Positions 57,111 to 64,000 of a DNA stretch of 64,000 nt are shown here, piece by piece. Numbering within the stretch: position 1 is the first letter of the stretch; every line of letters starts with the position of its first letter. The stretch is from Spizellomyces punctatus DAOM BR117 (Eukaryota). The stretch lies in NCBI GenBank assembly GCA_000182565.2, contig KQ257457.1; one strand, 5' to 3'. A program made the position numbers and the translations under genes. The notes beneath the pieces were generated by a model. It made no database searches. It was given only the letters and a program-made list of their open reading frames with translations, and was not told the origin of the DNA.

Positions 57111-58426
57111 TGACTGTTCTCAAAATCATTCACACTGTCCCTCGCCCCACGCATAAGTTCACTTCTTGGCTCCCATGTAGCCTGGTCACGGTCATATCCT
57201 CTCCATAAGACGAGGTATTCAACTACTTGTCTTGAACCGACTCGACGTGTCCGCTTATCAAGCAATGCTTCCACTTCATACTCACCTTCTGGTACTTCCT
57301 CTTCATCCCCTTCAATTTCAGGCTCAACTTGTGGAGTTTGTCCATCATCCTCTTTTGGAACCAAACGCAATTGCCAAGCGGGATACACTCCTGGCAGCGG
57401 ATGATCAGAATTGACAGCACTCCTTCGAGCGTGCTGAGTCGCCGCAAGGCGGCTCACAGGCTTAATTTTATAACTGCCCATGTAATTGGGGTGGGGATTT
57501 GGAACAACGGCTGTTATTTCATACTTCTCTTCTGAAAAGTAACCGAGCTTGGCCCGGCGTTTTATATCTGTCCCCTGTCCTGATATATACTTTCTTACAA
57601 CATCGCCCACACTGAATGGAGGTAATACTTTCACCCCTCTTCCTTTCGTGCGCAGCGCACGTTGGGCTTGAGCCGCTCCTTGGATGTCTGCCTCCATCTG
57701 TTGCACAGTACGGAGTTTCTTCCCAGAACCGAAACTTACGGTAGAATTTATGTTCTCCACAATCTGCGGTAACATGGTCACCCAATCTCTGTTTCCCAAG
57801 CGCATCCCCATGAACAACGCTCGCTTTATGGTGCCATTCATCCTTTCGACCTGTCCATTTGTTTGAGGTGAGCCGGCCTTCGAATACCTCCATTCTATGC
57901 CATGTGTTTCTGCATACTGTGAAGTGATACCTTGAAACTCGTTTCCATTGTCGCTTTGAATACCATGGATTTCGACACCATCCTCAATGAGGTTTTGTAA
58001 AAAGTTAACGACACTTTGTTGCCGTGTATCTTTCAAGGCTTTAGCGTAAACGCGTTTAGTTAAAATATCAACCGCAACTGCTACATATTTATAGCCATTG
58101 TATGGGACGCTAATCATTGAAAAAAGATCGAGTTGAAGTTGTCCTGGGCTACTTGATAATATAGGACGGATGCCACCCTTGTTTGTCAATGGTCGAGACC
58201 AGCGTTGCCAGATCGGTTGCTCTTTCAACCATGCTAATAGTGTCCGTTGGGAGATATTGCTCTCAGGATACTTTGCTTTGTAGAGTGCCCAGAGCCTGTC
58301 TCGGCCCATGTACGCATGCTCTCTATAGTAGAGCTGCCTTAAACGCCGCTCATCCTCTGGTGTGATCTCTTTCCAGTAGTTCTTCCTTTGATCCATCTTA
58401 TCAATAAGAATCAGCTTTAAAAACAT
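57107..58426 (-). CDS. Retroviral-type (rve, DDE) integrase with C-terminal chromodomain, Polinton-like; true start possibly the second Met (MDQRK)
   Basis: LQLDL (D), IQSDNGNEF (D), NGQVERMNGTIK (E); SH3-like FSVGDVVR; chromodomain EYEVEALLDKR..EYLVLWRGY..ATWEP; no adjacent RT or gag. Confidence 0.92.
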   Translation of the reverse strand: MFLKLILIDKMDQRKNYWKEITPEDERRLRQLYYREHAYMGRDRLWALYKAKYPESNISQRTLLAWLKEQPIWQRWSRPLTNKGGIRPILSSSPGQLQLDLFSMISVPYNGYKYVAVAVDILTKRVYAKALKDTRQQSVVNFLQNLIEDGVEIHGIQSDNGNEFQGITSQYAETHGIEWRYSKAGSPQTNGQVERMNGTIKRALFMGMRLGNRDWVTMLPQIVENINSTVSFGSGKKLRTVQQMEADIQGAAQAQRALRTKGRGVKVLPPFSVGDVVRKYISGQGTDIKRRAKLGYFSEEKYEITAVVPNPHPNYMGSYKIKPVSRLAATQHARRSAVNSDHPLPGVYPAWQLRLVPKEDDGQTPQVEPEIEGDEEEVPEGEYEVEALLDKRTRRVGSRQVVEYLVLWRGYDRDQATWEPRSELMRGARDSVNDFENSH

Positions 58427-58494
58427 GTATCACCGGGGCAAAACCCATTAACATGTCTCGGACATGTTAACGTCGAAATCGGTGCGCGGGCCGA

Positions 58495-58812
58495 TCAAGC
58501 GGTTTCTTTCCGCATCTCCAAAATGAACAGTTTTTCATTATGTTCATGCCCTAGTAATATGCAATCATTCAAAATTGCCAGATAACCGGTACGGTTGAAG
58601 CATAAATGATCCAATTTGCTCAGGTGGACAATTGACATGATTTTATCAAAAATCGGTTGGTTCTCTTGATTTTTTTTAAGATACAGTATGATTTTTGCCT
58701 TATCACTACCGGTCAACATGCTCTCGCAATATCTCCAAAACTTATCCATGTCGCCTTTGACGGCATCCCTGATATTGAATACCGAATGATAATCTATATC
58801 AACACGTTGCAT
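58495..58812 (-). CDS. Hypothetical viral protein (105 aa)
   Basis: Intronless ORF between the fibre-like and integrase genes, same strand. Confidence 0.5.
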   Translation of the reverse strand: MQRVDIDYHSVFNIRDAVKGDMDKFWRYCESMLTGSDKAKIILYLKKNQENQPIFDKIMSIVHLSKLDHLCFNRTGYLAILNDCILLGHEHNEKLFILEMRKETA

Positions 58813-58883
58813 TGTAAATTTACATAGCTTTACTTTTTTTAATAACAGCGCACTGTTGAACTCCGTTCCAGTGCTAAAGGTTT

Positions 58884-61800
58884 TTAAGGGCCGAGTTCAG
58901 TGATTTTGATGAGGGTAACGTCTGTGGTATTATCGGGAGCAGCCTGATTGATACTAAAATTTGTGAAGTAAGCAACGTTATCGGCCATCCCTGTAACAAT
59001 GAATGCGGCAGTGATTGTACGATTGACCCCCGAATTAAAGTTAAAGTCGCTCGAGTACACGAGAGGCATCGACCCAGCGCTTTGGCCGAGAAATATTGAC
59101 AAAGTACCATTTGAATTTGCTGTGCCATGGAGGTTGAGCGTCCACTCCATAAGTACCTTGCCAGGTGTTGAAACATAGAAGACCTTTGAGGCATTGTTGG
59201 ATTGCCACATGTCTTTAGTCAAAAGTTTGATAACTTGAACATTTCTTAGAAATGTTTGACTGGCAACCCATGGTTGAGTAGCACAAACCTGACCATTGCT
59301 ATAGACAGCACCGTTCGAATACAGATTCCCTCCTGCAACAACATGTGCATTAACCGCAACTCCTCCATTGACAACCAGAGCACCAGTTGTACTCGATAAA
59401 GCTGGAGTGGTGCTTTCAACGACAACATTTCCTGTCGACAATGTGATAGTAATACCCTTTGCTCCCTGTGCTTGCAGTCGCACTGAACCTGCATCATTCC
59501 TCACCATAAACATCGAGGCGCCTCCGTCCACACTCCTATTGTTTCCGTTCAAAAACATAACAGCAGAACCTGCTGCATTCTGGAAGTATTGGATGGCACA
59601 ACTATTGCTACCAGAGTCGACGTTTTTAAGAATAATAGCCCGTAGCCCATTAAGTGGCGAACCAATAGTTAGATTACTGGATGAGATGAGGTCTCCGGTG
59701 TAGGTGTTAACTGAGAATCGGCTATTCCATGTTCCAAAGGTATCACTGGAATAATGACCGAATTCATAATGACGTTGGTCTATGCTATCAGACGAGCTGG
59801 TGAGGTGGATGTGAAGGGCATCTCCGGAGTTGTTGTAGGAGATAGTGTAGTCACCTTTCGTAGAGGGAGTGTCACTTCTCAACTTGAAATATCCACCTGT
59901 AGAGGCGGCTATGAGAACTTTTCCTGTAATGTTTCCACCTGAGAAGATACTTTTAGAAACCCCTATTCCTCCTTTAACCTGTAGAGCACCACTTGATATG
60001 GTTGTTGCCTCGGATGTATCATTAGCAAGAATTGTATTTGCCGACAGATTACTAGAAGATGTTATAACATCTTGTTTCGATGTTTGCAGTGCTGATATGC
60101 TGGGGGCATAGTCGACAATGTTTAAAATACTTCGAATGGAAATATCATTCACAAGGGTAAATCCTTGGACATCATCTCCCATGACAAACATGTTCGACAT
60201 TGGACTCATCGATGCAAGGGAATCGAGTAAAGGACTTGCATTTTGCTTCCCTGAGATGTCGACATTGGTAATGCCTAATATTGTCTTCACCTCTTCAGGA
60301 GTTTTCACCGAGAATGATGTAGCAGAACTCCCAACAATAAATGAATTCGCTGATAATGCAAGACCACTTATAGACGATAATAGTGGACTCGATGCCTGTT
60401 TATTAGCAATGGCCATCCCTACATAACTCTCGGTTGCAAGTTTGAGATTATTGGAGAAAATGTCTCCACCGATGTACAGCATTTTAGCGACACCTAAACC
60501 TCCTGATACCTGCAATGCGCCCGTTATAGTCGACGATGAGTCTGTAGTCGAAGTGATTGCAATGGTTCCATTGGCTTTGAGGATGAATTGATGGGCGCTA
60601 GTTCCATAGTTATAAAACCCGAGGCTCCCATTGGTAAGTATACCTGTTCCATTAGTTGCAGCGTGGTATATACCCCAAGAATTACTCGAAGCAGCATTGT
60701 TACTAATCAGAACGGCCGTAGACGCTGTGGCACTTGAAGGCGCATTGATGACTATGGCAGCCGGCTGCAATCCTCCTCCACCTGCTCCTAGGGTTAGAGT
60801 TTTTCCTATGCCGACTCCACCTGATACCTGGAAAGCACCTGTTGTCATACTAGTTGAATCGGTTGTGTTTGGTATCTGTGTTACGCCTGTATTGGAAACT
60901 CTCAGAACGAAGCCTGTATTGTTATAAGAACTATTTAGACCGAATCCGCCTGCTGATAATGTTCCGTCTCCTGTGCTTCCGGCAACTCTCATGCCCCATG
61001 TAACATTACTCCCAGTATTTACTAAGGACAATGTTGTAGATGCTGTGCCATTTTGAATGGTTATACCCCCGCCAACAGTGGCACTGTTAAATGATAGCGC
61101 AGTCGATGAGGTAATAAGAGGTTGATATGAGGAAAGTATATTCGATGTAGGAACAACTGAGAACCCTGTGGGTGTTCCCATGATGAAAGTGTTAGCCGCC
61201 GGCGTTAAACCGCTGATAGAATCGAGTAACGCAGACGCACTTTGTTTAGTAGCAAGTGCTGTATCTGCGGAGGCCTTGTTATTCTGAACAAGTGTTTGAA
61301 GCGAAGTCAAGGATTGACTAAGAGGACTTGTCATGCCGGTCATTGTAGCGACACTCCATTGTTGCGTAGCCACTTCGACTCCATTTTGAATGATCAGTCC
61401 TTCAACATTTAGATCATGTTCAACAAGTAAGCCACCTGTCAAGAGTCCATTGCCTACATTATCTACTCGAAACACTATATCTGAGGTGCCTTGGACAAAT
61501 ATTCCACCACTCGTTGTTAGAGAATTAACATTCAATGCAGACGATGTAGTAAGAAGAGGTTGGAATCCCCCTAGAATTGTAGAGACAGGTGATACTGTAA
61601 AGCCCCCAGCAGTTCCCATGACGAAGGAATTCGGTGTCGTTGTTAAACCACTGATTGCATCGAGTAAAGGACTGGCATTTTGCTTCGTAGCAATGGATGT
61701 TGTTAGAGAACTTTCAGTAGCCAATTTCACTCCATTTGTGTATACATCCCCTCCAACGTACAGTGATTTAGCGATGCCAACTCCACCTTTCACCTGGAAC

Positions 61801-63992
61801 GAGCCGGATGTTGAGGAAGTAGCATCAGTTGTCGTATTGATAATAACATTCCCAGATGAGAGAATATCCAGATTCGAAGCCGTTGCATTATTTGTACCAA
61901 TACGCAAATTACTAGCGGAGGCTCGAATGATGTAGTCTCCAGCAACTGAATTTGTTACCCATTGACCTGCTGTTGCTGTATATCCGAATGATGCATTGTT
62001 TATTTGAAAGGCGGCAGCCGCTGTAGTAGATATAATAGCATATTTTCCCATGTACACTGTGCCTTGGACTCCTAATCCACCGGCAACCTGTAATGCACCT
62101 GTCGTTGTAGAGGATGCATCATTTGTTGCATCCAGTGTAACGATTCCAGTGTTCGCGAGTATTGTCAGTCCTCTAGCGGTCTGTGCTTGAAGCCGAAGGT
62201 TACCAATATCGTTTCTCAACGTCATTGTGTTAACGCCTCCATCCACACTCCTATTGTTTCCGTTCAAAAACATCACTCCATTACCTCCAGAGGCCGTTAG
62301 ATAAAGAATTGAACAAGCATTCGTCCCTGTATTAGTATTGGTTACAACTAGTGACCGTAGACCGCTAACAGAATTGGCTCCTCCGACGGTTAGGTCACCG
62401 CCAACAAGGCATGAACCATTAGTGTCCACTCTTAGACCTAGAGTAGGCGTGCTAGATGTTCTTGGATAGATAAACATTGGTGAATCCTGAGCACCCAGCC
62501 ATGTAGAGGCGGATGGGTTAAAACCAAGAAACCCTGCCCCATCAACCCCAAGCCATGTTGATTTTGAGCCGTCAAAATTACTTGAAATAAACACCGATGA
62601 TTGTCCTGTTGCAGAGGCTGTAGTTTGCAGACGTGTGCCTGTTATCACTTTGCCTGAAACATTACCTCCAAAAGTAATATTATTCGAAGTTAATGCCGTT
62701 ATCTGGCTTCCAACCCAAGGTTTGATGACTTCGGTATCATAATCCCTTAACATCGAGAGGTTGATCGCGGCTTGGGGGTATTCATATTTGATGGTGCGAT
62801 AGCAACTCGGTACATCAAATAGTAATCGAGTACAGCCTCCAATCGGGTCTGAAGCAATTGCCACATTGCTTCCAGGCTCTAAAGGCGGCATGAAGGTAAC
62901 AGGGTCGACTGGTTCGTAAACTGGATTTCCATCTCCATCGAGTATAGGTTGGCCTTCCGCATCTCGTTGAACCTTACGTTCCCTCTGACCACCGAAAATC
63001 ATTCCCCAAGGAAACGTTGAGACGATTGGGAGGATGGAGTTTACAGCCATGGGAATCGTCAGTGGTGGAGATACCATCGCAGGAAATGGAATAGTAGTCA
63101 GCGGTGTGGCCCCACTAAGAACAACAACATTCCCACCAGGGACATCAGTTTTTAAGATTTCTGCGGCGTCAGACTGTTCCGTATTATCGGTATCCCTTTG
63201 TTTCGATAACGGCGTAGGGTCAATGAGAGTGAAATTGTACAAAGGATAACTGCCGGATATGAGGAGATTTGGGCTGTTACTTACGAATTGTGGAGGAATC
63301 ATGTTGTACTGAATGGTATTACCAACAACGACCACACTTCCGTATGAATTGGTCGAGCCAACATAATTACCTCTTAAGGTATCGCCTACTCGAAGAATCG
63401 TATCACTTCCTGAAAGCGAACATGAAATCAGATCGCCACTAACTTGCACACCATTGATACCTCGGAGGTTGGTTGACAGAATGGCACCATTCTTCTGGAG
63501 TCCAATTCCCGCAGCGATGTTCGAACTGAGAACACCGTTGTTGAGAGTTAAATCGGGCTGTTGGGCTGTGAGAGATAACCTGAAATCATTTTGCACCCTT
63601 TGGATACCATTGGAGGCGGTAAACGTATCGCCTATGGTCCCGCGGCTGAGCATCATTAAGCCAGAGTTGGCATCAACTTTTAGATCGAGTTGAAGGTCAT
63701 TCTGTACTCTCTCGATACCATTGCTACAAGTCAGTACGTCTTTAATGGTATCTGCTTTGACCATTTGGAGACAACTGCCAGCCTCGCATTTGAGAGAGAG
63801 CACCACATCATTGGTCGTTCCCGGTCTAATGGAGACGCCATTAAAGTCCTGAAAAATGTAGCCACCTGTTAACTGGTTTCCTACAATCCGAACTGTTTGG
63901 TTATCAACGAGCACCCCGATTTCACGTCGTCCACTAAACTCTGGTCCGACAGCAATGGCCCCGGTTTGGCTGCCTTGGTAAAAATTGGCCAT
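58884..63992 (-). CDS. Large virion fibre/spike-like protein (1702 aa) with shaft-type and GALQVxGGxGV repeats
   Basis: N-terminal ~15-aa beta-spiral-like repeats (ASNGIQRVQNDFRL, AGIGLQKNGAILS, GINGVQVSGDLIS); six TDxxSxTTG(A/S)(L/F)QVxGG(V/L/I)G-type modules; repeated KQ(N/S/A)xSxLL modules; rich in S/T/G/N. Confidence 0.65.
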   Translation of the reverse strand: MANFYQGSQTGAIAVGPEFSGRREIGVLVDNQTVRIVGNQLTGGYIFQDFNGVSIRPGTTNDVVLSLKCEAGSCLQMVKADTIKDVLTCSNGIERVQNDLQLDLKVDANSGLMMLSRGTIGDTFTASNGIQRVQNDFRLSLTAQQPDLTLNNGVLSSNIAAGIGLQKNGAILSTNLRGINGVQVSGDLISCSLSGSDTILRVGDTLRGNYVGSTNSYGSVVVVGNTIQYNMIPPQFVSNSPNLLISGSYPLYNFTLIDPTPLSKQRDTDNTEQSDAAEILKTDVPGGNVVVLSGATPLTTIPFPAMVSPPLTIPMAVNSILPIVSTFPWGMIFGGQRERKVQRDAEGQPILDGDGNPVYEPVDPVTFMPPLEPGSNVAIASDPIGGCTRLLFDVPSCYRTIKYEYPQAAINLSMLRDYDTEVIKPWVGSQITALTSNNITFGGNVSGKVITGTRLQTTASATGQSSVFISSNFDGSKSTWLGVDGAGFLGFNPSASTWLGAQDSPMFIYPRTSSTPTLGLRVDTNGSCLVGGDLTVGGANSVSGLRSLVVTNTNTGTNACSILYLTASGGNGVMFLNGNNRSVDGGVNTMTLRNDIGNLRLQAQTARGLTILANTGIVTLDATNDASSTTTGALQVAGGLGVQGTVYMGKYAIISTTAAAAFQINNASFGYTATAGQWVTNSVAGDYIIRASASNLRIGTNNATASNLDILSSGNVIINTTTDATSSTSGSFQVKGGVGIAKSLYVGGDVYTNGVKLATESSLTTSIATKQNASPLLDAISGLTTTPNSFVMGTAGGFTVSPVSTILGGFQPLLTTSSALNVNSLTTSGGIFVQGTSDIVFRVDNVGNGLLTGGLLVEHDLNVEGLIIQNGVEVATQQWSVATMTGMTSPLSQSLTSLQTLVQNNKASADTALATKQSASALLDSISGLTPAANTFIMGTPTGFSVVPTSNILSSYQPLITSSTALSFNSATVGGGITIQNGTASTTLSLVNTGSNVTWGMRVAGSTGDGTLSAGGFGLNSSYNNTGFVLRVSNTGVTQIPNTTDSTSMTTGAFQVSGGVGIGKTLTLGAGGGGLQPAAIVINAPSSATASTAVLISNNAASSNSWGIYHAATNGTGILTNGSLGFYNYGTSAHQFILKANGTIAITSTTDSSSTITGALQVSGGLGVAKMLYIGGDIFSNNLKLATESYVGMAIANKQASSPLLSSISGLALSANSFIVGSSATSFSVKTPEEVKTILGITNVDISGKQNASPLLDSLASMSPMSNMFVMGDDVQGFTLVNDISIRSILNIVDYAPSISALQTSKQDVITSSSNLSANTILANDTSEATTISSGALQVKGGIGVSKSIFSGGNITGKVLIAASTGGYFKLRSDTPSTKGDYTISYNNSGDALHIHLTSSSDSIDQRHYEFGHYSSDTFGTWNSRFSVNTYTGDLISSSNLTIGSPLNGLRAIILKNVDSGSNSCAIQYFQNAAGSAVMFLNGNNRSVDGGASMFMVRNDAGSVRLQAQGAKGITITLSTGNVVVESTTPALSSTTGALVVNGGVAVNAHVVAGGNLYSNGAVYSNGQVCATQPWVASQTFLRNVQVIKLLTKDMWQSNNASKVFYVSTPGKVLMEWTLNLHGTANSNGTLSIFLGQSAGSMPLVYSSDFNFNSGVNRTITAAFIVTGMADNVAYFTNFSINQAAPDNTTDVTLIKITELGP

Positions 63993-64000
63993 GTAATCTT

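Larger units (their letters stand above)
49477..64000. mobile_element. Endogenous Polinton-like virus / virophage-related element (left ~14.5 kb; continues beyond the window)
   Basis: Sharp junction inside Copia; compact intronless ORFs; TVpol-SF3 helicase, tyrosine recombinase, rve-chromodomain integrase, RING protein and fibre-like protein; CpG not depleted. Confidence 0.85.

Noticed and set aside
57107-58426. Integrase-chromodomain as a remnant of another Gypsy insertion
   Set aside because: No gag, RT, LTR or PPT nearby; the ORF is intact, CpG-normal, packed among viral genes and carries the virus-specific double-hairpin element
58448-58470. p53-type response element (two RRRCATGYYY-like half-sites)
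   Set aside because: Fungi lack canonical p53 and both half-sites mismatch; kept only as a generic dyad motif
59246-63872. Numerous plus-strand and alternate-frame ORFs overlapping the fibre gene (likewise those over Copia and Gypsy pol)
   Set aside because: Shadow ORFs of long coding sequences with no independent motifs

Overview
Eukaryotic fungal genomic DNA with GT-AG introns and four N-gaps. It is most likely a chytrid of the Spizellomyces type; this is inferred from a Fanzor1 remnant that closely resembles my recollection of S. punctatus SpuFz1. The window has four zones. (1) 1-25.7 kb is a nested LTR-retrotransposon cluster: a decayed Ty3/Gypsy chromovirus carrying a possible degenerate Dam-like methyltransferase domain, an almost CpG-free second chromovirus, and tandem and inverted Ty1/Copia copies, one with an intact 1334-aa polyprotein. 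(2) 25.7-41.8 kb holds seven host genes: APP1-like phosphatidate phosphatase, a coiled-coil/penta-EF-hand protein, RPA2, a SYCP2-like meiotic axis protein, YRA1/ALYREF, a NRAMP/SMF transporter and a DNAJC7-like co-chaperone. (3) 42.2-49.5 kb is a Fanzor1 pseudogene with an apparently intact omegaRNA scaffold, interrupted by nested LTR/Gypsy/Copia insertions. (4) 49,477 to the window end is an intronless, CpG-normal endogenous Polinton-like virus inserted into the Copia copy. It encodes a PolA-like primase/polymerase (TVpol) fused to an SF3 helicase, a RING ligase, both a tyrosine recombinase and an rve-chromodomain integrase, and a 1702-aa fibre-like protein. Its left end is a perfect 44-46 bp palindrome followed by phased GGCTTAT iterons, and the same motif recurs just upstream of the recombinase gene. 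It also carries dispersed GC-rich double-hairpin elements. Capsid and packaging-ATPase genes and the right end are not in this window. All family assignments come from motifs read by eye; no searches were run.
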